DNA of 64,000 nt, taken from the NCBI RefSeq assembly GCF_044324875.1, contig NZ_CP172186.1, one strand, 5' to 3'. The translations under genes and the position numbers were made by a program. This document shows, piece after piece, positions 20,309-29,073 of this stretch. The DNA comes from Escherichia coli (GTDB lineage: Bacteria; Pseudomonadota; Gammaproteobacteria; Enterobacterales; Enterobacteriaceae). The first letter of the stretch is position 1; the number at the start of each line of letters is the position of its first letter. The notes below the pieces were generated by a model. The model was given only the letters and a program-made list of their open reading frames with translations. It ran no database searches and was not told where the DNA came from.

Positions 20309-20527
20309 ATGACGATTGCAGAACGTCTTATACAGAAAGGTTTCGACGAGGGTTTTAAAGAAGGTTTTAAACAAGGTTTTAAACAAGGTTTTAAACAAGG
20401 AGCTCTTGAAGTGGCGCGGGAAATAGCCTGCCGGCTTCGGGATATAGGCTGGTCGCCGGAACGGATTCAGGAGGTCACGGGACTTTCCGGTGAAGAACTG
20501 AAAAAGCTGTTTCCTGATGAGCAGTAG
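20309..20527 (+). CDS. free-standing Rpn C-terminal-tail (RpnS-like) small protein with GFKQ repeats
   Basis: 72 aa MTIAERLIQKGFDEGFKEGFKQGFKQGFKQGALEVAREIACRLRDIGWSPERIQEVTGLSGEELKKLF; parallels the last ~50 aa of the upstream Rpn (MTIAERLEQKGALEKALAIARQLQKMGMTPEQIKQATGLSEAELKKVIH); AGGAG RBS. Confidence 0.65.
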   Translation: MTIAERLIQKGFDEGFKEGFKQGFKQGFKQGALEVAREIACRLRDIGWSPERIQEVTGLSGEELKKLFPDEQ

Positions 20528-20557
20528 CCTGGCATTCAGCCAGGCTGTGAATCACGC

Positions 20558-20809
20558 TCACACATCCTCTGCCGTTTCCCCCAGTTCATTTTCCAGTCGC
20601 CTGATGATATCTGCCTTACGCATCCCCTGCATGTGAGGCAGCAGGTCACGGACTGAAAGTGCCTGGGTGGTCCTCCAGACGGTGACGTCCACCTGTTCCG
20701 CATTTTCCCAGGCGTGCCATGTTCTCTGCGTCACGCCAAATTCTCTGGCCGCTTTTTCGCGTGACCAGAGCATGCTTTTTCGCCAGATTCGCAGTTCCCA
20801 TCCGGTCAT
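20558..20809 (-). CDS. putative helix-turn-helix regulator
   Basis: 83 aa; ...WSREKAAREFGVTQRTWHAWE... HTH-like segment; AAGGTG RBS. Confidence 0.5.
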   Translation of the reverse strand: MTGWELRIWRKSMLWSREKAAREFGVTQRTWHAWENAEQVDVTVWRTTQALSVRDLLPHMQGMRKADIIRRLENELGETAEDV

Positions 20810-20823
20810 AAAACACCTTTGAA

Positions 20824-20908
20824 AAAGTGAAAAAACTTCACTTTATTTTATCATCACAATTGCCAAATCAGCGCGATAAATAAGTGTAAAAAAGTGAAGA
20901 AATTTCAC
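20824..20908. promoter_or_regulatory. two palindromic operator-like sites AGTGAA-N5-TTCACT
   Basis: AAAGTGAAAAAACTTCACTTT at 20824..20844 and AAAGTGAAGAAATTTCACTTT at 20890..20910, upstream of the minus-strand HTH gene. Confidence 0.45.
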
Positions 20909-20989
20909 TTTTTTTGGTTGTAAATGTCGTGCGGTTTTCTCTGTTTTCACCTGTGCGGGAGTGGTGTGCCAGTGACCACCACATGCCAT

Positions 20990-21380
20990 TGTTGTGCCGT
21001 CGTTTTTCTTCAGTCGCGCCGGATGCGGCGCTCCCTGCACACCTTACGGTGTGTAAGGCCACTGCGCCTGATGGCGCAGCTGCCTCTGCCTGTCTGCCGC
21101 CGCACTGCGGCCTGTTCTCCGCAGACGGACTTTCCGGGGGTACATACACGACCACATCCCGTTTCAGTCGTCCAGGGGAGAGATGTACCAGCCACAAAAC
21201 TTTTTGCCGCAGGCGTCAAAAACTTTTGCGTCTGCCCCCGGACAACTGCCCCGTGACGTGGTGAGCGTCCCCCGTCGGAAAGGTCCACTGCGGGGAAATC
21301 CCCGAAGACCCGGACGGCAGAAGGAGCTTCGCTCCTCCGGGAAATGACCTGGCTGACCCGGCAGTCGTGACGATGAGGAG
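20990..21380 (+). promoter_or_regulatory. single-strand-promoter-like structured element, family B copy 3 (3' two-thirds only)
   Basis: Matches the 3' part of 6290..6875 and 17935..18505. Confidence 0.45.
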
Positions 21381-21385
21381 ACAAT

Positions 21386-22237
21386 GTGATGAATCAGACT
21401 TTACCCACTGCTGACCTGAATACTGCCGGCACGACAGATGTTATTCCGTCTGTGGCTATCGACCGCATCATCGCGCAGCGTAACGAAGGTATTGCACTGT
21501 TCATGCAGGCGATGGAATGCCTGGCGACAGCGCGCAGGATTCTGCTCGATGCTTCCGGTGACATTTTTCTCTACGGGTTTGAAGACTGCGTGACTGACTC
21601 CGTTCGATGCATGGATAAACCGGAAGAAGCGAAAAGGAATATCACCCGTCTTGCCGACCGGAAAATCTGGGACCGCCTGATGACAGATACGGGCATGTAC
21701 ACCTTCATGAGTTCATGCCAGCGTGATGAGTGGAACAGCCAGCTGATGAGCGACACCTGTCCTGAAATCACCCTGGACAATGTACTGGCAACATTCCGCC
21801 ATCTTAATGCCAGCAAGATGCAGACATTTGAACAGGGACTGATTGATGTCTACCGGAAATTGTCATGGGATTACAGAACCAATAATCCCTGCCGTCTGGG
21901 CAAGAAAATCATTATTGAAAACCTGCTGTACCGCTGGAGTAACGGGCGTGTGACGCTGGACTGCAGCAGACGGGAGGCACTGGATGACCTGGTACGTCCG
22001 TTTTATCTGCTGGAGGGGCGCAACGTTCCTGACTTCAGGAACAGCATCGGGGCGCAGTATGGTGAATTTCTCAGGAACGGCGACAATGTCGGTAAGTTGT
22101 TAGAAGGGGAATATTTTACGGTGCGTGGCTACCAGAAAGGGACCGTACACATTGTCTTTAAGCGTTCTGACCTTGTTGAAAAACTGAATGATATTATTGC
22201 ACGGCATTATCCTGGTGCATTGCCGCCACGAGTCTGA
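21386..22237 (+). CDS. hypothetical protein directly downstream of a family-B element
   Basis: 283 aa; GAGGAG RBS; hairpin plus T-run at 22248..22280 follows. Confidence 0.6.
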   Translation: MMNQTLPTADLNTAGTTDVIPSVAIDRIIAQRNEGIALFMQAMECLATARRILLDASGDIFLYGFEDCVTDSVRCMDKPEEAKRNITRLADRKIWDRLMTDTGMYTFMSSCQRDEWNSQLMSDTCPEITLDNVLATFRHLNASKMQTFEQGLIDVYRKLSWDYRTNNPCRLGKKIIIENLLYRWSNGRVTLDCSRREALDDLVRPFYLLEGRNVPDFRNSIGAQYGEFLRNGDNVGKLLEGEYFTVRGYQKGTVHIVFKRSDLVEKLNDIIARHYPGALPPRV

Positions 22238-22322
22238 TTAAACAGAAAAGCCCTGGTATTTATGCCGGGGCTTTTTTTTCTGTAATCATCATAATCTCAG
22301 AACACGATGTGACATTGTCACA

Positions 22323-22664
22323 TCAATTGTTGTTCATATCGATGCCATCTTTCCTGCCTGAATCTGTCTTTTTAGGTGCTGTTTTAGAGGAAGAACGGCG
22401 GGATGTTTTTTTCGATTCTGCTTCCCGAATAATGTCACGAAGTGCCTTCTCTCCTACTTCATACCCTGCATTTTTGAGCGTGTCACGAATATCTGCCAGT
22501 GTATAACCCTTTGTCCTTACCAGGACAATAATGTCATCACGAATGGCATCAAGAAAATCACGCAATGTTTTCCGTTGAGCGGTGAGATCTGGCAATTCCG
22601 ATAAAGCAGCTTTTGCCAGCTGGATGTCATCATCTGAGTAAAATTTTTTAGAAGCCATTGGCAC
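22323..22664 (-). CDS. hypothetical protein with basic C-terminal tail, divergent from oriT
   Basis: 113 aa; K/R/S-rich tail ...KKTSRRSSSKTAPKKTDSGRKDG. Confidence 0.5.
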   Translation of the reverse strand: MPMASKKFYSDDDIQLAKAALSELPDLTAQRKTLRDFLDAIRDDIIVLVRTKGYTLADIRDTLKNAGYEVGEKALRDIIREAESKKTSRRSSSKTAPKKTDSGRKDGIDMNNN

Positions 22665-22699
22665 TTTCTCTCCGTTTAATCTTGAAGCCTGATTTTATC

Positions 22700-22885
22700 A
22701 TCAAAAACTGACTCCTGGCAGGGCTGCGCCCTGCCTCTGCCGTCTGCATAAGACTATGATGCACAAAAATAACAGGCTATAATGGCATGAAAAACGGGAC
22801 AGGATGTGTAATCGTATAACCGCGCACGCACGGCTATACGATTACCACCTGGTCAGGGCTTAGCCCCGACACCCCGGTAAGGAGC
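22700..22885. other. oriT: origin of transfer (oriT) region upstream of nikA
   Basis: Intergenic region with inverted repeat GTAATCGTATA...TATACGATTAC (22810..22848) and hairpin GGCAGGGC-TGC-GCCCTGCC; location immediately 5' of nikA. Confidence 0.65.
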
Positions 22886-22890
22886 AGACC

Positions 22891-23223
22891 ATGAGTGAGA
22901 AGAAAACCCGAAGTGGCAGTGAGAAACGGCAAAAGAATGTCCTCATTGCTGTTCGTTTTTCACCAGAAGAGGCTGAGATTGTTAAAGAAAAGGCAGAAAA
23001 AAACGGACTGACAGTTTCAACTCTGATAAGAAAAACTGTGCTGGGAAAACAGATAAATGCCCGCATTGATGAAGATTTTTTGAAAGAGCTGATGCGTCTT
23101 GGTCGCCTGCAGAAGCATCTGTTTGTGGAAGGAAAACGCACGGGAGATAAAGAGTATGCAGAGGTTCTCGTTGCTATTACAGAACTTGCTAATACTCTGC
23201 GAAGAGATTTAATGGGACGCTGA
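22891..23223 (+). CDS. nikA: relaxosome accessory protein NikA (ribbon-helix-helix)
   Basis: 110 aa, size and position as in IncI1 oriT operon; NVLIAVRFSPEEAEIVKEKA... RHH-like. Confidence 0.8.
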   Translation: MSEKKTRSGSEKRQKNVLIAVRFSPEEAEIVKEKAEKNGLTVSTLIRKTVLGKQINARIDEDFLKELMRLGRLQKHLFVEGKRTGDKEYAEVLVAITELANTLRRDLMGR

Positions 23224-23234
23224 GATAATCGCTG

Positions 23235-25937
23235 ATGAATGCCATCATTCCGAAAAAAAGACGCGACGGAAAGTCTTCTTTTGAAGACCTGATTGCGTAC
23301 ACCTCAGTGCGGGATGATGTGCCGGAAGATGAACTCAGACCAGACACGGAAGTGAAAGGTGAGGTTCCGCACCGGAATCGCTTCAGACGTCTTGTTGATT
23401 ATGCAACACGTCTGCGTAATGAAAAATTTGTTTCCCTGATTGATGTGATGAAAGACGGCAGTCAGTGGGTGAATTTCTATGGTGTGACCTGCTTTCATAA
23501 CTGTTTGTCTCTTGAATCTGCGGCTGAAGAAATGCAGAAAGCAGCAGACCTTGCTTATTTTTCCAAAGATGATACAGATCCTGTTTTTCACTATATTCTC
23601 TCCTGGCCTGCGCACGAAAGTCCGCGTTCTGAGCAGCTTTTTGACTGTGTGCGTCACACCCTGAAATCCCTTGAGCTGTCAAAACATCAGTATGTGGCAG
23701 CCGTTCATACAGACACGGATAACCTGCATGTACATGTTGCAGTGAATCGTGTCCACCCTGAAACCGGCTATATCAATTGCCTTCCGTGGAGCCAGGAAAA
23801 ACTCAGCCGTGCATGTCGTGAACTTGAACTTAAGCACGGATTCGCGCCGGATAATGGCTGCTTTGTGCATGCACCCGGCAACCGTATTGTGCGCAAAACA
23901 GCGCTGGTACGTGAGCGCCGTAATGCCTGGCGACGCGGGAAAAAGCAGACGTTCAGGGAATATATTGCTCAGATGTCGATTGCCGGGCTGCGTGAAGAGC
24001 CTGCACAGGACTGGTTATCTTTGCATAAACGGCTGGCCAGCGATGGTCTGTATATCACGATGCAGGAAGGGGAACTGGTGGTGAAGGATGGCTGGGACAG
24101 AGCGCGGGAAGGTGTTGCACTCAGTTCGTTCGGACCGTCATGGACAGCTGAAAAACTGGGGCGGAAACTGGGGGAATATCAGCCTGTACCGACAGATATT
24201 TTCAGTCAGGTGGGGACACCCGGTCGTTATGATCCGGAAGCCATAAACGTTGATATCCGGCCGGAAAAAGTGGCAGAAACGGAGAGTCTGAAACAGTACG
24301 CCTGCCGTCACTTTGCTGAACGCTTACCGGCAATGGCGCGCAATGGTGAACTGAAAAGCTGCCTGGCTGTACACCGTACTCTGGCAGAGGCGGGATTATG
24401 GATGGGGATCCAGCACGGGCATCTGGTACTGCATGATGGATTTGATAAACAACAGACACCAGTACGTGCAGACAGTGTGTGGCCGTTGTTAACGCTGGAA
24501 AATATCAGAAAACTGAATGGCGGCTGGCAGTCTGTACCGAAGGATATTTTTACTCAGGTTGTACCACAAAGTCGCTTTAGTGGGCATCGAATGGATATGC
24601 ATCCGGTCAGTGATCATGAATGGCACAGAATGAGAACAGGGGCTGGCCCACAGGGGGCAATTAAGCGGGAGATTTTCTCTGACAAAGAGAGTCTGTGGGG
24701 ATATGCAGTCAGCCATTGTGCCCGTGATATTCAGTACATGATCTCTGAAGGGCGCTTTAGCTGGCAGAACTGCCATGAACTGTTTGCCCGCAGTGGACTG
24801 ATGTTACAGAAACTGCATCATGGTCTTGTGATTGTGGATGCGTTTAATCATGACCAGACACCGGTTAAAGCCAGCAGCATTCATCCGGATTTGACTTTGT
24901 CCAGAGCAGAGCCGCAGGCCGGGCCATTTGAAATTGCAGCGGCGGATATTTTCGATCGGGTGAAGCCTGAAAGCCGTTATAACCCTGATATGGCTGTCAG
25001 TGACAGTAAGGAACCCGGGTTTAAACGGGATCCTGAATTGCGCCGCCGTCGTCGTGAAACCCGTGCAGCTGCGCGGGAAGATTTGCGTGCGCGTTACCTT
25101 GCATGGAAGGAGCACTGGCGTAAACCCGATTTACGTTACGGCGAACGGTTACGGGAAGTTCATGCTGCCTGCCGCCGGCGCAAGGCGCATATCCGCGTAC
25201 AGTTCAGGGATCCGCAAGTGCGTAAGCTGCATTACCATATTGCGGAAGTGCAGCGAATGCAGGCGCTGATCAGGCTGAAGGAAAGCGTCAGGGAAGAGCG
25301 ACTGTCGCTGATGGCGGAAGGTAAGTGGTACCCGCTGTCTTACAGGCAGTGGGTGGAGCAGATGGCGGTTCAGGGGGATTCTGCTGCTGTATCTCAGTTA
25401 CGTGGATGGAATTATCGCGACAGAAGGAATGATGAGGTGCTTTTAACCACGCCTCAACGCTGTGTGGTTCTTTGTGAACCAGGCTCCACCCCGATTCACA
25501 GGGATATCGGTGGCATGGTGGCGACTTTGCAGCGTAATGGCAGTGTGCGTTTCCGTGATGCGACAACAGGAGAGTACGTCTGTACAGATTATGGTGATCG
25601 CGTTGTTTTCAGCAACAGTGCCGATAACAAAACACTGAAGAAAAGGATGGTCAGGGTGTCCAGTGTGCTTTTTGCAAGGGATCCCCGAATGGGGTTTGAG
25701 CCGGAAGGTCAGGATGCACAATTTAACCGTATGTTTGCTGATATGGTTGCGTGGAAAAACGTGCAGCGGGATGAGCGTAAGGGGCACTACAGGATAAGTC
25801 GTTCTGATGTTGATCAACTGAGGGTCAGTAGTGAAAAACGTTTTCGTGATTATCTTAAAGGGCGTGATACTGAATCACACACTTACCATCATGCAACGGA
25901 TGAAAATAAGTGGGAGCCGCCATCACCGGGGATGTAA
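23235..25937 (+). CDS. nikB: relaxase NikB (MOBP-type)
   Basis: 900 aa; N-terminal relaxase domain with HxDTDNLHVHVAVNRV histidine motif. Confidence 0.85.
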   Translation: MNAIIPKKRRDGKSSFEDLIAYTSVRDDVPEDELRPDTEVKGEVPHRNRFRRLVDYATRLRNEKFVSLIDVMKDGSQWVNFYGVTCFHNCLSLESAAEEMQKAADLAYFSKDDTDPVFHYILSWPAHESPRSEQLFDCVRHTLKSLELSKHQYVAAVHTDTDNLHVHVAVNRVHPETGYINCLPWSQEKLSRACRELELKHGFAPDNGCFVHAPGNRIVRKTALVRERRNAWRRGKKQTFREYIAQMSIAGLREEPAQDWLSLHKRLASDGLYITMQEGELVVKDGWDRAREGVALSSFGPSWTAEKLGRKLGEYQPVPTDIFSQVGTPGRYDPEAINVDIRPEKVAETESLKQYACRHFAERLPAMARNGELKSCLAVHRTLAEAGLWMGIQHGHLVLHDGFDKQQTPVRADSVWPLLTLENIRKLNGGWQSVPKDIFTQVVPQSRFSGHRMDMHPVSDHEWHRMRTGAGPQGAIKREIFSDKESLWGYAVSHCARDIQYMISEGRFSWQNCHELFARSGLMLQKLHHGLVIVDAFNHDQTPVKASSIHPDLTLSRAEPQAGPFEIAAADIFDRVKPESRYNPDMAVSDSKEPGFKRDPELRRRRRETRAAAREDLRARYLAWKEHWRKPDLRYGERLREVHAACRRRKAHIRVQFRDPQVRKLHYHIAEVQRMQALIRLKESVREERLSLMAEGKWYPLSYRQWVEQMAVQGDSAAVSQLRGWNYRDRRNDEVLLTTPQRCVVLCEPGSTPIHRDIGGMVATLQRNGSVRFRDATTGEYVCTDYGDRVVFSNSADNKTLKKRMVRVSSVLFARDPRMGFEPEGQDAQFNRMFADMVAWKNVQRDERKGHYRISRSDVDQLRVSSEKRFRDYLKGRDTESHTYHHATDENKWEPPSPGM

Positions 25938-26005
25938 AAATCATGTAGACAGGGTGATTAAATCACCGTAATGTGTCCTCGTTGTGTATACATTATGGGG
26001 GAGAT

Positions 26006-26254
26006 ATGCGAACACAGGTGACACTGCAAAAATGGGGCAACAGTATTGCTCTCCGGTTAACCGGAAATCTGAAAACCGTGCCGGGTTTTTCGGCAGGAGA
26101 TGTGGTTGATGTGGAAATCAGTGAGAAAGGATTGATCGTGGAAAAACCGGTGAGACCTCGTCTTACAGAGGCTGTATTGCTTGCGGGGCTGACGCCATTT
26201 TCCGCGCATGCAGATGAAGCTGCCACTCTTCTTGATAAGGAGAGTGAGTTCTGA
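26006..26254 (+). CDS. MazE/PemI-like antitoxin (AbrB/SpoVT fold)
   Basis: 82 aa MRTQVTLQKWGNSIALRL...; immediately precedes and overlaps the toxin gene. Confidence 0.7.
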   Translation: MRTQVTLQKWGNSIALRLTGNLKTVPGFSAGDVVDVEISEKGLIVEKPVRPRLTEAVLLAGLTPFSAHADEAATLLDKESEF

Positions 26255-26598
26255 TGTTTGTTCCAAAGCGTGGTGATATTTGCTGGCTTGATTTTGAACC
26301 CCAAAAAGGAAAAGAAATTGGCAAATATCGTCCGGCATTAATCCTGTCCCATGAGCAATATAATCGTTTAACAGGGCTTGTCATATGCTGCCCTGTCAGT
26401 ACGAGTATCCGGGGCGCTCCAACAGAGGTTCCTGTTACTAATCTCGATGCACCAAGTGTGGTGGCCACAACGCTCATACAGACACTTGACTGGCGGCAAA
26501 GGCAAGTGCGTTTAATTACGGAAGCAGAAGAGGGCGTATTTGATGAGGTGCTTGAGAGAGTGATCACTCTGATTGGTGGTGAACATTTACTGAAGTGA
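26254..26598 (+). CDS. MazF/PemK-family endoribonuclease toxin
   Basis: 114 aa ...KRGDICWLDFEPQKGKEIGKYRPALILS...GLVICCPVSTS... PemK-like. Confidence 0.75.
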   Translation: MFVPKRGDICWLDFEPQKGKEIGKYRPALILSHEQYNRLTGLVICCPVSTSIRGAPTEVPVTNLDAPSVVATTLIQTLDWRQRQVRLITEAEEGVFDEVLERVITLIGGEHLLK

Positions 26599-26600
26599 AG

Positions 26601-26854
26601 GAGCCTGTTTAAGATTCTGTGTAAATGCCTTTCTCAGAAGTGACCGTCCAGGCGGTCACCGAACTCGATAATAAAGCGGCTCATTGCCATTCGCCAGTCC
26701 TTCAACGGCATCGTCCATTTCCGGGACGCAGACTGGATTGCCAGCCACACCACTTTTTTCACCGAGTCGTCTGTCGGGAACACTTTACGCTTTTTGATCG
26801 CATGGCGGATCACGCTGTTTAGCGACTCGATGGCATTCGTCGTATAGATCACTT
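26601..26854 (-). mobile_element. IS256-family element, right-end fragment with transposase C-terminus
   Basis: 72-aa ORF 26634..26852 ...TNAIESLNSVIRHAIKKRKVFPTDDSVKKVVWLAIQ... typical IS256-family Tnp C-terminus. Confidence 0.7.
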
Positions 26855-28144
26855 TGAACCGCCCCGGAAATCCTGGAGACTAAACTTCCTGAGAAAGATG
26901 TAAACAGGATGACTAAAAATACTCGTTTTTCCCCCGAAGTCCGTCAACGGGCAGTTCGTATGGTTCTGGAAAGCCAGGGCGAATATGACTCACAATGGGC
27001 GGCAATTTGTTCCATTGCTCCAAAGATTGGCTGTACGCCAGAGACCCTGCGTGTCTGGGTTCGCCAGCATGAGCGGGATACCGGGGGCGGTGATGGTGGG
27101 CTCACCACCGCTGAACGTCAGCGTCTGAAAGAGCTGGAACGCGAAAATCGTGAACTGCGCCGCAGTAACGATATCCTTCGCCAGGCTTCCGCTTATTTTG
27201 CGAAGGCGGAGTTCGACCGCCTCTGGAAAAAATAATGCCACTGCTGGATAAGCTGCGTGAGCTGCAGTGAGCTGCATATTGCCCCGTCAACGTATTACCA
27301 CTGTCAGCAACAGCAGCATCATCCTGATAAACGCAGCGCCCGTGCGCAGCGTGATGACTGGCTGAAGAAAGAGATACAGCGCGTATACGATGAAAATCAC
27401 CAGGTGTACGGTGTGCGTAAAGTCTGGCGTCAGTTGTTACGGGAAGGTATCAGAGTGGCCAGATGCACTGTGACACGTCTTATGGCGGTTATGGGTTTTG
27501 CCGGTGTTCTCCGGGGTAAAAAGGTCCGCATTACCGTCAGCCGGAAAGCCGTTGCCGCAGGCGACCGCGTAAACCGTCATTTCGTGGCAGAACGTCCTGA
27601 CCAGCTGTGGGTGGCTGATTTTACTTACGTCAGCACATGGCAGGGCTTTGTTTATGTGGCGTTCATCATTGATGTGTTTGCCGGATACATCGTGGGATGG
27701 CGGGTCTCCTCGTCCATGGAAACGACATTCGTGCTGGATGCACTGGAGCAGGCGTTGTGGGCCCGTCGTCCGTCTGGCACCATCCATCACAGCGATAAAG
27801 GCTCTCAGTATGTATCGCTGGCCTACACGCAGCGGCTTAAGGAAGTCGGATTACTGGCATCAACAGGGAGCACAGGCGACTCGTATGACAACGCGATGGC
27901 GGAGAGCATCAATGGTCTTTACAAGGCGGAGGTAATACACCGTAAGAGCTGGAAAAACCGGACAGAAGTGGAGCTGGCTACACTCACGTGGGTGGACTGG
28001 TATAACAATCGACGATTGCTGGAAAGGCTGGGCCATACTCCCCCGGCAGAAGCAGAAAAAGCTTATTATGCTTCCATCGGAAACAATGATCTGGCAGCCT
28101 GAGTTCACAGACAAAACATTCTCCAGGAAACCCGGGGCGGTTCA
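26855..28144 (+). mobile_element. IS629/IS1203-like IS3-family element, copy A (small internal deletion, frameshifted orfB)
   Basis: Ends TGAACCGCCCCGG...CCCGGGGCGGTTCA; orfA 26909..27235, orfB remnant 27257..28102; ~20 bp missing at orfA/orfB junction relative to copy C. Confidence 0.85.
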
Positions 28145-28603
28145 GTTTTGCCATTCTACAACCTGCTCCATCACGGCATCGGTAACCTTTGATATCAGTG
28201 CCGGTGAAACATCTGCGTCATACAGTTCTTTGAACGCAGCGGCTATCTCACGGGTGGTCATCCCTTTGGCATACAACGAGAGGATCTGGTTATCCATCCC
28301 GGTAATACGGGTCTGATTTTTCTTTACCAGTTGTGGTTCGAAGGTACCGTCACGATCGCGCGGAGTACGCAGTTCCAGTGGACCGTCGCCTGTGATAACG
28401 GTCTTTGTGGAATAACCGTTGCGGGAGTTAGCTCCTGGTCTGGACTGATTTTTCTCATACCCAAGATGGTGTGTCATCTCTGCATTGAGAGCGGCTTCAA
28501 CGCTGAGCTTTTTCAGCAGCCGATCAAACTGACTGAGGTCTTCAGGGGTTTTGAGGTTTTTGGCCAGTTCGTTAGCCAGAGCCTGTAACTGTTTTTCGTC
28601 CAT
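28142..28603 (-). pseudogene. IS256-family transposase, N-terminal 153 aa (interrupted by IS629 copy A)
   Basis: MDEKQLQALANELAKNLKTPEDLSQFDRLLKKLSVEAALNAEMTHHLGYEKNQ...; middle ~175 codons absent. Confidence 0.75.
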
Positions 28604-28689
28604 AAATTAACCTTCATTTGATGCTGGATTGAACATATCAAAATCAGGCAATTACACAAATCTATGTACAGGCTCTTCCGCTGGCTGGC

Positions 28690-28935
28690 TCACCTGCGTC
28701 GCGCCGGCTGCCAGGTAAACGTGTTCTCTGCGGCACGATACGCTTTTGTTCGTTGAGCCTTTGCGGTTCTCGCTTTGCGCTCTGCCCGAATCATTCTCAA
28801 AACTTTTACACGCACTTTTCTCTTAACTTCCCGTGGCAGTTCATCCCTGCCGGACAACTTTAACTGTGCAGCCTGTGCGGCATAAGCATCGTTGATACGC
28901 TTACGTTCTGCTTCCGTCAGTTTCATCCAAGACAT
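28690..28935 (-). CDS. hypothetical highly basic small protein (cargo of the IS256-bounded insertion)
   Basis: 81 aa; strong AGGAGGA RBS 5 nt upstream of ATG. Confidence 0.45.
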   Translation of the reverse strand: MSWMKLTEAERKRINDAYAAQAAQLKLSGRDELPREVKRKVRVKVLRMIRAERKARTAKAQRTKAYRAAENTFTWQPARRR

Positions 28936-29073
28936 AATTCCTCCTGGTGACTTATCCGTGTTATGTCTTTAATCTGTATCCCCTTCGTTGCTATGCCTCC
29001 GGGATATCAGGTATTACCTTTCGAAGAATTTTATAAAAAACCACCTGTGCAGAGGGAAAGAGTGGATTTGCCC

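Noticed and set aside
28145-28603. EAST1 enterotoxin gene astA embedded in the IS256-family transposase, as in IS1414
   Set aside because: I could not find the EAST1 peptide in any frame of the surviving N-terminal fragment; the region where it would lie may be in the deleted middle of the element.
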